From contig MCFH01000019.1 of NCBI GenBank assembly GCA_002104945.1, forward strand, positions 620,001 to 684,000: a stretch of 64,000 nucleotides of DNA, read 5' to 3'. The notes beneath the pieces are model-generated. The model had not been told where the DNA came from. It did not search any database and saw only the letters and a list, made by a program, of their open reading frames with translations. This document shows positions 22,660 through 35,433 of this stretch, piece by piece. The position numbers and the translations under genes were made by a program. Numbering within the stretch: position 1 is the first letter of the stretch; every line of letters begins with the position of its first letter. Source of the stretch: Piromyces finnis finn (Eukaryota > Fungi > Neocallimastigomycota).

Positions 22660-25052
22660 TGTCACGAATACTAGTGAAATTACAATTTCAAGATCACTTG
22701 GAATTGTGAAATCACTTATGAAAATTCAAAATCAACAATTATTTTATTTTCAAATAAATTATAAAATTTTATTAAGAAATATTTAAAAATTTAGGAAAGG
22801 TTAAAATATGACCTTAACCCTTAATAATTTTTATAATAAATAACTTTAACCCTTATCGTTAAAATGGAATAAGAAAAAACACGCGTATCTCCTCAACGAA
22901 TGACGATTTTTGAATAAAAATGTTTTGGTTATAATTACGTTCGTTAGAAAGCCACGCTCGAGACAAACAACATATCTTAAAATCAGGTCAATATCTCTGC
23001 TGGTTCACGAGATATTCCAATTTAAAGATATTTTGTTAGCAATGATTAATTGTTTATTCAGAGAATGATCACCCCTGATATATCAAACATAAATCATTCA
23101 CTCAAAGTATAAAAAATTATTGTTTAATTAAATTAAAATTATTTTCCGGAACTGATTAACTTTATTTTATAATAATTATTTCAATAACATAATTTATAAT
23201 CTTTGAACTAGAAGATTATAATTATTAATATTATATTCAATGAATTATATTATAATTAAGAAATAATTAATATTATGAATATTATAAACAATAGTTATTT
23301 TTTTAATAATTAGGAATAAGTCTTAAGTTTAGTTTAAGTATTATAAAATATATTATGAATATAATCATGTATTGAAAAGTTATTTTATTATTAAATGTAA
23401 AATTACAAATAGTATAAATAGTTTAGAATAGTTATGAAATTAAAATCTTTGTAAAGATTATTAACTACAAATTATTAACTACAAATTATTAACCAAAAAT
23501 TATTAACCATAAATTATTAAATTATTAACTATTAATAATAATTAATACTTAATGAGTATTACTACTAAATAATCTTATTATTATATATTTAAGCAATATA
23601 TTATTAAATAAAATAAAAGAAATTATTTTAACCATAATATATAATTTAATTATTCATTTATAAATCAATTAAGATTATTTTAATAAAACATTTTTTTTTC
23701 TAACCTAGTTATCTTTTAACCTTTTATTTAATTTGATATTTTAATATTAAATTATAAGTTTAGTAAAACTTTTACATTTTATGTCAAGAGTTAGAGTGGA
23801 TTTAGAACTATAATTAAGTCTACTAGGTTAGGATAGGCTTAATTATATAGTAAATAATAAATTTTTATAAATAAAAGAGTAATAAATATAGTTTTTTAAG
23901 AAATATTTTATTTAATTTTTATAATATAAATAAATGATAATTATTAATTTTAAATATTGAATTTACTATATAAAAATGAGTATAATAATCTCACAAAGAA
24001 CTTCTTAAAGTTGTTCTTTGTTCAACTTATTTATACTTTCATTTTTAATATAATGTTGATATTAATAAAATATAATAATAATATAATTTAAGTTATACAT
24101 GTATAATAATATAAATATAAATATTAATAAAATATAATAATAATAATAATAATAATATAATTTTCTTTAAATATCAATATTAATAAGTTGTTAAAAATAA
24201 TATTAATAATTATTTAAATGAATCTTATTTTACTAATTGGTTTGTTTAATATTAATTAATTGTTACACTATTTATCTCCGGATAATAAATAGCTTTCCAA
24301 TTAATATTTATATTAAATAAACTATTATTAGTAAAATATTATTAAATTGATATTTTAATTAATTTAACTAATAATTCAAAATTATGAAATTTCATGAAAT
24401 GTCAAATTTCATGAATTGTGATTTTGACATTTTATGTCATGAATATTAGTGGATTCATGATTATTTATTTAATTAGTGTTTTATTCGTTTATTTAATTAG
24501 AAATATTTTATTATAAAACATAATTAAATAATATTTTAAGAAATATTAATTAATTATAATTATTAAGATTTTATATTTATTAAAGTTTGAATTAATATTT
24601 CTTTGTTCATTTGATTAAGAAGGAAATTAAAACTAAATTATAAAATAATCATTCCTTCTACAAATGATTGATAATATGACTTTTATAATTATTAAATTTA
24701 ACACGAGTGAAAAGTCATATATAATTAATATGTAATTAATTTATAGAATAGTTAATTAATATAAATAATTAGTCATGTATTAAATTTAAAATGTATTCCT
24801 TAATATTAGAGATAGTATAAATACTCGAGAAAATTCCTATCATTAGGAATTTCGAGAGTTCATTACATTTAATATTTACTCTAATTATAATATTTAATAA
24901 ATAAAAATTTTTCTTTAAATAAAAATTTATTAATAAATAAAGTTAATTAATAAAATGTTATTTATTTAAAATATTTATTTATTCATTTATTAAATTAATA
25001 AACTTAGGGTAAATATGTATATTCCGACCTAACTGAAGTGAAATCCGTAACA
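22660..25052. repeat. TG...CA-bounded insert (family E LTR, probably with further nested pieces)
   Basis: TGTCACG...CGTAACA; TSD TTTTA; LTR C sequence resumes seamlessly. Confidence 0.8.
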
Positions 25053-25086
25053 TTTTAAGTTAACCCTAAAAGTAACTTAAAACAAG

Positions 25087-25661
25087 TGATATAAGTTTCT
25101 TTTATGTTGTAGTAATTTAATATTAGTTTATTTATAATTTATTATATTAGGTGAAAAATATTTTATTACTATTAACTTCTCTCTTATTAATAATTTCACT
25201 TATAATATTTTCTTATTAATTATTAAAGCTCTTCCCTTTCTAATTATTAATTATTTTTACATGAATATTTTTATATTATAAAATTCCTATAATATAATTG
25301 AATATCAATTATATAATGTAATGTATTCATAATATATGAATAATAATTAAATAGGATATAGTATAATATATTTTACATTTTATATGAAATATTACTATAT
25401 AAGGAAAGGTAATGTAATACAAATAAGTATTACAATAAAATTAATACTAATATATAATATTAATATTTAAGAATATAATGAAATATGTACATGAATTCTA
25501 TAACTAATATATAAATAATGTATTATAATATATATCAATTATTATATTATTATTATGAAATATTATATATAAATTTTTAAAGATGAAATTGAATATTTTA
25601 AATAATAAAAATTATTTTAAATATTGGCTAATATGTAGCTAGACATATTAATTTCATATCA
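25087..25661. repeat. Solo LTR (family F, TGATAT...ATATCA)
   Basis: 4-bp TSD CAAG (25083-25086 / 25662-25665). Confidence 0.85.
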
Positions 25662-27079
25662 CAAGTTATAGTTTAATTAAGTACTTTACCAAAATTCTTA
25701 AATAAAATTAATCCTAAACACTGCATATATTTTGATTATTGAAAAGAAATAATAAACTTTAATTAATCGAGATCAAAATATATAACTTTTGTTAAATTAA
25801 TTGTTAAATTAAATATTTAATAACTTCGTTAGTAAATTACACTTTAAAAGTAAATAAATATAATAATTCATGTTATAAAATAATATAATTAAACACCTTT
25901 ATTAAAACATTAAAAATAATTATTACTTTAATTAATTGTAAAATAAACAACTTTTTATATTCTTTAACTTTTAATTATTTCTTTTATTGTTATTTCTAAT
26001 TACTTTTATTACTTTTATTGTAAATAGTTATTAATTTTATTATTTTAATGTAAATAGTTTAATTCTAAAAGAAAATATAAATACATGTAAATATTCTTAT
26101 TTTAATCATCATTATTATTATTAATAAAGAAATATTATATAGTTAGATTAATATTTTATAATTTTAATAATCACTTTTATACTTAAATAAATAAAATTTT
26201 AAATATTTAAATATTAGAAAAACAAGTGTTTCTAATAAAACAATTTAGTGTTTTAACAAAACAATTTTATTAATTTTTATAAAAACGATTTTAAATCTTA
26301 ATCAATATAACTTATATAGTTATAACAAAAGATATAATATAATAATCACTTTTTGAAGCAAAATTTAAAATTAAGATTATTATCAAATTATATCAATTCA
26401 TTTGTAATAATTTTATTATATGCATTAATATTTCACATAATAAAATTATTAGCTACATTTTAACACTAATTGTTAAAATGAGATAATGATAAGGAAACTA
26501 TTTATTAAAATAAAAAAAAAATAATTGTTAAAATGAGATAATGATAAGGAAACTATTTATTAAAATAAAAAAAAATATACTTATCAAGTTTATTATAAGA
26601 GCCTATAAATAACGTTTGTGTTAGGGTTTAAAATATTTTTTATTATAAGAATGTTTTATTAATGTTAAAAGTGTATCAATTTATTTATGTTGTTTATTAT
26701 AATTTCTTATAATAATAACTCTTGATTTTCAAATGAAACTCAAGAGGTCTTTTTATATAAAAACTTAAAGAATAAAAGAAAGTTCTAATCTTAATAAATT
26801 TCTTTTCTAGAAAAAGATTAGAAGAAAAAACTAGAAAAGTTTCGATTGATAATCTATTCTTATCAATCATTATATTATTAGATAAAACCAAATGGATTCG
26901 GGAAAATTCTAATAATCGATTTTTTCTAAATACAATAATTTACATTACATTTAAAATACATTATGTATTATAATAAAATTTAATAAAATTTAATAAAATA
27001 TTAAAGGTTAAATAAAAAATATAATAAATTAATTTTAATAAGAAATATAGATTATTTATTATAAAATAAATCTAATTTC

Positions 27080-30000
27080 TTACATTGACCCTTCTATATT
27101 TGTTTCTTCCTCTAATTCTGGGTTTCTTTTAGTATAAGGCTCCAACTGAGAGATATGAAATACCGGATGAATGTGAAGGGTTTCTGGTAATTCTAGTCGG
27201 TAGTTCATTCTGCCCTTCTCTTCAATGATTTTGAAAGGTCCTAAGTATTGATTAGAAAGTTTACGAGCTGGTTCATTGGAAAAATAGAATCTTTTGAGCC
27301 ACACTAGATCGTTTATTTTTAATTTTGGCCCAGTAGATTTTTTCAAATCGCCGAATTTTTTAAATGATGCTTTAGCTTTTTCCAGATGTGTTTTAATAGC
27401 ATTAAAGTGTGCAGACCAGTCCCTAGTTAAAGCTGAAGCATTGTCCTTAAGTAAGATTGGTGGGGAATCAATATTGCATACTGGATTAAATCCATAATTT
27501 GCATAGAATGGTGATACTTCAATCGACTTATGTATGGAGTTATTATATGCAAGTTCACAGAGAGAGAGGAAAAGACACCACTCGTTTTGTGCTGAGGAAC
27601 AATAACACCTAAGGTATTGTTCAATTACTGAATTAACACGTTCCACTTGGCCATTGGATTGCTGGTGATGAGGTGTTGCGAGACTAGCCTTAATATTAAG
27701 GGCAGAGCACAAAGAAGACCAAAATTCTGACGAGAATTAGGAGCCATGATCTGAGATAATAGTTTTTGGAAACCCATGATACCTAAACACGTTAAAAAGC
27801 AATAATTTAGCAGTCAATTCCGCAGAAGGAACATCCGAACAGGGAATAAGGTGTATCATCTTAGTAAAATGGTCAAATACCACCATTATACACGTACAAT
27901 CTTGTGAACTTGGAAGGTAGACTATAAAATCGACTCCAATTATTTCCCATGGTGCATTTGGAATAGGTAAGGGTAGGATTTCACCATAGGGCTTGTGTCT
28001 TCGTATCTTGTTTCTTCCACAGATAGTACAAGATTGTATAAAATTGTGAATGTCTTTCTTCATGTTTGGCCACCAGTAATATCTTTTGATTTTGTCAAAA
28101 GTTTTATCGACACCTTGGTGACCGTTTGTAGGGGTGCCATGAAACGATTTCAGAATTCTTGCTCTAAGGTTGGATGGCACAATTATTCTCTTTTGAAAGT
28201 GTAAAACGCCTTCGATCATACTGAAAAGAGAACTTTTGATCTTATCGCTATTGGTTGAAGAAATCTTTTTTAAAATTTCTCTACAATACTTATCTGACTT
28301 TTGAGAATCAATAAGACAACTAATATTGTCAATTGTTGAACAGCAAAACACATTATCATTTATTAGAGGTTGTGTGTTCAGACTTATACTTGATTTCTTG
28401 TAATCAGGCCTTCTTGATAAAGAGTCTGGTTTACCACCTTTGACCCCTGGCCTATAAGATATTCTAAAGTCAAATTTGGAGAGGAAAAGACTCCATCTGC
28501 CTTTGATTTAAGCTCTGAGGCTTTTTTAAATAGAGGAGATTGCGATGGTCGGTAATTACTTGAACTGGGAATTTGGCGCCTTCGAGGTGATGTCTCCAAG
28601 TATCAAAGGCTGTGATGATAGCGAGAAGTTCTTTATCATATATGGTATAATTAACTTCTGCATCAGTCAATGATCTTGAGTGGAAGGCAACTGGATGAAG
28701 ACAATTATCAGTATCACAAATTTGAGAAAGAATACAGCCAATTGCGAAATCACTCGCGTCAGTCTCGACTGTAAATTCTTTTTCATAATCTGGGTATTGT
28801 AATATATCTTCGGAGTCAAAAGCTTCTTTCAATTTATTGAATGCGGAGGACGCCTCATCATCCCAAATAAACGCATTACCTTTCTTGAGAAGTCGACGAA
28901 GGGGTTCCATGATTTTCGAAAAGTTCTTGATAAACTTCCTGTAGAAGTTACATAGACCAAGAAATCCTTGCAATTCCTTGGTATTTTTTGGTATCGGCCA
29001 TTCAGAGACTGATTTTATTTTGTCTTTGTCCATAAGAAAGCCGCTAGTGGATACAATAAACCTAAGAAATGATGTTTCCTTAACGTGGAAATCACATTTC
29101 TCTAACTTAATATAAAGACCATTATCGATAAGACGCTTTAATACATGACGGACGTGTTGTGCGTGATCGTTGACATTCATAAATAGATAATAATATCATC
29201 TAAATAAACCTGAACAAATTTCCCGATGGAATCCGAAAGAACATCTTGGATGAATCTTTGAAATACCGAAGGAGCATTTCTAAGACCAAACGGCATAACA
29301 AGGTACTCGAAATGCCCTATAGGAGTTCTGAAGGCAGTAAGGTATTCGTGTCCCTTTTTTACCCTTACCAGGTTATACGCGAATCTGAGATCGAGCCTAG
29401 AGAATATTTCAACCCCCTTAAACGATTCGATTAAGTCATTGATGCGTGGGATGGGATAACTATTACGGATCGTAATAGAATTCAATTTCCTATAGTCGAC
29501 ACAGAGACGTAAAGATCCATCAGGCTTCTTGACAAACAACACGGGAGCACCCGCAGGAGACTTGGATTTTCTTATAAATCCTTTTGCAATATTTTCTCTA
29601 ATATATTCTTTAAGTGCATTCATTTCATCGACAGTTAAAGAATAAATTGGACCAAAGAATAACTGGCTACCCGGAATTAGATCAAATGATATATCATACT
29701 GACGATGAGGAGGGAGCTTGTCAGCATTCTTCTTTTCGAAAACAGTCATCAAATCTGAGTAGTATTTTGAGAGAATTTTATCCTTACTAAAATCGTCGCG
29801 GCAAAATTCGACAGTATCTGGCATAGCTAGGCAAATGTCCGAATCATATAACTCATCTTCCGATATAGATGAGGGGATAATAGAATCGGTTGGTCCTTTT
29901 TCTGGAACAATTAACGCTGCGGCTATATTTTCTTCTAAAAAGGTCAGCTTCTTACCCTTTGAAGATGGGCAATGAGAAAGGCAGTGATTTTCAAGGAAAT

Positions 30001-31097
30001 AGATACTATTTTTTTAAAAGTCAATATAGGGTTTATGTATGCTCAACCAATCTCTCCCAAGAATAACAGAGATACCTTGTAATTGAAGATTAGCTACGCC
30101 GAATTCAAAGAGTTCTGAATGATCCAAGAAACAGAGCTTAATACGCTTGGTAACCTGTTTGATTGCCATTCTCTTGTTGTTTGGTAATTGAATACTAATA
30201 GAGGATGGAAGGCTAGATACTGGTAGTTTGTTCATAACAACGAAGTTCTTACAGAAGAAACTCCTTGCTGAGCCTGAATCAATTAACAGCTTAACTTTCA
30301 ATGTTTTGTTGTTCGTCTTGATGATGAAAGTGGAAGTCATCGTATTTGTTCTATTTGGCGTGTAATTGGCTGAAAGTATTTCATTGTTTTTCTGGTTTTT
30401 TTGAATATTTTTAATCTTCTTGTTGTTATCCATCTTGTTAAAGTTGTATAATTTCCTTCCGAAGGACTTCTCATCTTTACGGTCATTCTTGAGCTTCTTG
30501 TTATGTAAATTACAAATATTATTATTAATAAGACATTTTTTGTCGAGGTTAATAATAATATTAGTAGCTTCGAATAGCGTCTTGGGTCTGTCCACTTCGT
30601 CGAACTCCCTTTGCACTTCTTCGAGAAGGCCTCTCCTGATAAGATCAACGAATACTTCGTCAGGCCATCCGATTCTCTTAGAGAGTCTTCTGAACTCGAT
30701 TGTATAATTGGCTGCCTTCCTAAATGATGCTGTTTAAGGTTCAAAAGTTGTTCTATAAGAATATACTTTTGTTCCTTTGTATCCTCAAAGTTATCCAGCA
30801 ATAAGTACTAATAGTACTATCAGCAATGAGAGATAACCCCCATTTTCTTGCTGCACCTTGAAGTTTATTAACAACAAAAGAACATTTAGATTCATCCTTT
30901 TGAAATGTGTTAGAATGTTCCTTGAAAAACATTTCACATTGTCCAAGAATTTCACTTAAATTCATACTGTCGTTAGTTTTATTTTCAAGGGCTAAAACAC
31001 CGTTAGGTGCAAAGAAAGTAGAGATGTATTCGGTTATAGCCGAAATTAACTTCGAAGCATCCACATCACAAGGACTGCCGTCGCCAATTATATTCAT
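27080..31097 (-). pseudogene. gag-pol: gag-pol of the 26403-32114 element, in about nine ORF pieces
   Basis: Gag 31097-30337; PR 30616-30014; RT 29824-29177; RT/RH 29180-28470; IN 28351-27080 (H-H-C-C, DDE); no chromodomain. Confidence 0.93.
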
Positions 31098-31475
31098 TAT
31101 TCTAAAAGTTATAAAGTAAGAAAAAAAAATAAAATAAAAATTAAGTCGTATAGGGAAATAATAGATTAATAATGAAAATTATACGTAATAGTAATACTAG
31201 TGTTTTAATTCCAAATTTGATATTATTATTATTATTTTTTTTTCTGGAGAAAAAAAAAACAAATTCCTTTTTTTCTACAAAATTAAATTTTATTTATTAT
31301 TTTTATATTATTATTATTATTATTATATTTAATTGGTAAATTTTTTTTTTTGATTGGTAGGTTTTTTTTTTTTTTTTAAAAAATTTTCATTGGTGCAATT
31401 GATTTAAAAATTTTTTTAATGTATACTAGTTTTAGATTTATTATTTTATTTACATTTTTTAATTTTACTACATTG

Positions 31476-31487
31476 AAGAGTTATTAT
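31476..31487 (-). promoter_or_regulatory. Self-priming primer-binding site
   Basis: ATAATAACTCTT directly after the 5' LTR; 12/12 complementary to LTR 31742-31753, ~30 nt downstream of TATATAAA on the minus strand. Confidence 0.8.
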
Positions 31488-32218
31488 TGTAATAATTTTA
31501 TTATATGCATTAATATTTCACATAATAAAATTATTAGCTACATTTTAACACTAATTGTTAAAATGAGATAATGATAAGGAAACTATTTATTAAAATAAAA
31601 AAAAATATACTTATCGAGTTTATTATAAGAGCCTATAAATAACGTTTGTGTTAGGGTTTAAAATATTTTTTATTATAAGAATGTTTTATTAATGTTAAAA
31701 GTGTATCAATTTATTTATGTTATTTATTATAATTTCTTATAATAATAACTCTTGATTTTCAAATGAAACTCAAGAGGTCTTTTTATATAAAAACTTAAAG
31801 AATAAAAGAAAGTTCTAATCTTAATAAATTTCTTTTCTAGAAAAAGATTAGAAGAAAAAACTAGAAAAGTTTCAATTGATAATCTATTCTTATCAATCAT
31901 CGTATTATTAGATAAAACCGAATGGATTCGGGAAAATTCTAATAATCGATTTTTTCTAAATACAATAATTTACATTACATTTAAAATACATTATGTATTA
32001 TAATAAAATTTAATAAAATTTAATAAAATATTAAAGGTTAAATAAAAAATATAATAAATTAATTTTAATAAGAAATATAGATTATTTATTATAAAATAAA
32101 TCTAATTTCTTACATCATTACACTAACCGACGTGTCAGAAATTGGTATTGGTGTTGCTATTTTCCAATTGGACGAAGGAAATGACACAATTCGTAATTAC
32201 ATTACAAACAACATATAA

Positions 32219-35200
32219 ATGATAATAATCGTGAGAATATCGTACCCCTATTTGGTCACAAATACCGAGTTCAAGAATATCAAAAATTTAAGAAATCTTA
32301 ATTTCTTAGCCAAAGGAGAGACTCAAAACGACGAAATTCACGAAGAAAGTGAGGAGTCAAGCTCGGAGTCTATTCTACATTTAGACGAACAATATACTGA
32401 AACAATTAATAACACTCTTTATCTAAATACCGCTAAAAGAATAAACCAAAAGATGGAGCAAAGCCAGCTCGAAACATCAAATAAAGGAAAAAATATTCCG
32501 CATAAAGAAGAATACATGGAACTAGACCAAACTCAAAAGATAGGAAATGAGTTAGAACAGGTCTACAATAACTCTTCTAGTTCAGAAGGAACATCTAGTT
32601 CAGTCGAACAATATATCAATAATTTAGCCGATGATGTCCCAGATAACTGGACTATAAAGTCTCAGCAACTAAATCCCTATGGAGGAACTAGTCAAATTAA
32701 AACATACAATTCAAATAATTCGGGAGCCATCGTTCTGGAATCTACAAATAAAATGTATCAAGAAATGGAAACCCGAAGATTAAACGATAAAGAAGAATTA
32801 CAAGCAACCATGAAAAACTTCATGGATCAGATGACGGCGCAATTTGCCAATATGACGGCTACCCTATCCGCATCACTCCAAGCAGGAATAACGGAAAATA
32901 AGAACCAAATTGAAGTCATACGTCTGCAAATGGCAAACAAGGCCGAGAATATAGAGGTACAACAACTAGCCAATGTAATAGATAAAAATACGGTTAAACC
33001 CATGGACTTATCAGCGGCTGTAGGTGAGATGAAAGAAGAAATGCATAACAACAAACTTCTTACTGCTAAATCATCCGACCTCATTCCCATCGAACATGAA
33101 ATCAATGAGCAAGGAAAGATAGTAGATATGTCTGCTCGTGAGATTTCTGCTTTACAAAATCGATTAACTACCCTTCAGAAAGAAGTAAAAGAATTAACCA
33201 AAAAATCAAAAGAGGATAATATATATTCTCATAATATCACTAAAAATATTAATAACCAAATAGCTGAAAAGCTACAAGCTGTCCGAACAGATACAAAAAG
33301 GACAATTCAAGACTTGCATTACAAACTAATAAGCCTCTACAATATACAAGAAAAGGACAAAGAAGACTTCAGAAATGACTTTGCTAAACTTCAAAAAACC
33401 TTAGAAGATAACATAATTCTTCAAACCCAGTTACAAGAAAGGATTAAATCCTTAGAAAATGAAATTATGGAAAATCCTACTAACACTATTAAAGTTGAAA
33501 ACAACATAGCAGGGTTACATCAATTATATGAGAACATACTCATGAGATATGAGGAAATCTCTACCTTAATTAAGGATAAGGAACTCACTCACTGTATGAG
33601 TGAAATCGCTAAAATTAAAACTAAACTTAATACAATTAACCACTTAAAGATAGATAATTTACAAGAAGAATATAAAAGATTATTCCATGATAACGAAAAA
33701 ACCCATTGTTTATTTGAGATCGATCACGATTTCGACTCTATGAAAATTATTCTACATCCAAAAAATGAAAAATGCGAGAAAATAATCAATACATTAATCA
33801 ATGAAAGATACTTAATTAAAGCCGGATTTGAATTTCCTGACCAGAAGATCTCCCTAAGTAATATTTCTCAATTTAGACCAAGTAATTCTTTTATAGGACA
33901 ATCTACTTTTGTTGTTTTCCGCTTCACGATTATCTAGAGAATTAATCAGAAAATCAATGAAGGAAATAATAAGCTATACAAAAAACTATCTTCACTAGAA
34001 AGTAATCAAGATGTTTTCGGTGCTGAAATGGAACAAGGTAATGCTAAACATCAAGCTTTCGAAAAGGAAGTACTGGAACTCCAAACAAAGATGGAAAAAT
34101 TAATAGAACAACAAAATTACCTCATGAGAGATAACCAGTTCTTTAAAAACAGAACACCTTCAACCACATATCAATCAAGTATATCAAATAAAATACTTAA
34201 CAACTTATCTACCGAATCTAATCAGTTCAACGCATGTTTTAGTAACGAAGAGGAGAAACACGACTACTTCGATTCAAGATTCAAAAGAAATAAATTCAAA
34301 AATGAATCGGAAGAAGACTTTAGGGAAAGGTTCTCAAATTTAACGGAAAAAACCAAACCCGATCTCAGAAATGGATCCCGTAATGAACAGTATTACTACT
34401 ATAAGAACCATCCTAGAATCTTTAATTCTAAACTACAAGCTACTGTTCCCTTTCATCCTACAGAATTCGAAGACTTACCCACCTCGAATTCAACAGCGGC
34501 TTCAGGGTTCAGGTCTTTATTTAAAACCAGACCACCGTTGTACACCACCAAGGATAAAGGTTATGAATTCCTTGCAGATCTCAAAGCTTATCTTCAGACC
34601 TACACCCCACAAGTCAACGAAGCACAAATCAGGGACGCAATTCTTGAAAAGGGGGCAGAAAGGTCAAGCAATGGTACTACAACATATTCCTCAAAAAATT
34701 AGATTATAAATCAATCGATTGGAACGAAACTACGACCTGGAAAAAACTAAATATGTTTACCTACCAATTTGAACGAGAATTTTGCGAACTTTCCATAGAA
34801 GAACAGGAAGAAAAATGGAAAAACTTAAAACTAACAAACTCTATATATGAGGAAAACTTTGAAAAATTTATGGAACAAATTGAAAAAATAGGAGGAAATC
34901 TGAATAAAACATATTTTTCTAGATTTATTAAACTATCCAAAAATTTACCAAACGGTATAAACGAAAGATGCTTGGAAAAACTCCCACAATTACCCATTTA
35001 CAATCCAAAGGATGATTTTGACGAACAAAACAACTTCAACCAAAATATATATGAAAAATACATAAATATACTATTTAAATATATTGCCGAAGTTGAAAGG
35101 AAAAGAAATTTCAAAGAAGATATTAAAATCTTTATCAGTAATAACCGCATAAATCAACCCATAAGAACATTAAACCAGAATAAAAACACAAATCACCTCA

Positions 35201-35433
35201 GAGTGAAGAGTGAGAAACCTAAACCTCAAATAATAAGAAAATTCGAACCCAAAGCTCCAAATAAACATGTTAATCAGAATCATATAACCGAAGAAAATAT
35301 AATCGATGAAAACATTAAGGATAAAACACAATTTACATCAGGGGAAATCCACAATACTATTGAAAAGATTAAAGGATCCAAATATCTAAACAATCCACGT
35401 TCGGAGGAAGGATGCACTACAATAAAGCGTTAA
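32219..35433 (+). pseudogene. gag: Very long Gag-like ORF with N-terminal coiled-coil region (retroelement copy 2)
   Basis: ORFs 32219-33937 and 34028-34702 are the same frame, separated by one TAG; a frameshift in a G run near 34650 links them to 34753-35433 (copy 1 is continuous there). Confidence 0.7.

Larger units (their letters stand above)
22608..26395 (+). repeat. Solo LTR (family C, TGATAAAT...TATCA) with two nested solo LTRs
   Basis: 4-bp TSD ATTC (22604-22607 / 26396-26399); same family as the 3' LTR ending at 40331 and the copy at 55322-56089. Confidence 0.85.
26403..32114 (-). mobile_element. Full-length Ty3/Gypsy element (Tf1-like), 5.7 kb, coding region degenerate
   Basis: Near-identical LTRs at 26403-27084 and 31488-32114; TSD TCATT; purine tract AGAAGGGTCAA before the 3' LTR; gag, PR (LLIDSGS), RT (YLDD), RNase H, integrase with GPF motif. 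Confidence 0.95.
22186..32122. repeat. Solo LTR (family G, ~430 bp of its own sequence) hosting ~9.5 kb of nested inserts
   Basis: TGTAAAG at 22186, ...ATTCATTACA at 32122; TSD CTAAC (22181-22185 / 32123-32127). Confidence 0.88.
19846..32310 (+). mobile_element. Divergent Ty3/Gypsy-like retroelement, copy 1 (gag-PR-RT-RNase H), split by nested inserts
   Basis: Coding pieces at 19846-21656, 22066-22185 and 32128-~32310; RT YLDD; reconstructed RNase H FILT/DVSEIGIGVAIFQ; paralog of 34028-37030. Confidence 0.85.

Noticed and set aside
26697-26891. 64-aa ORF
   Set aside because: It lies within an LTR and has no coding signature.
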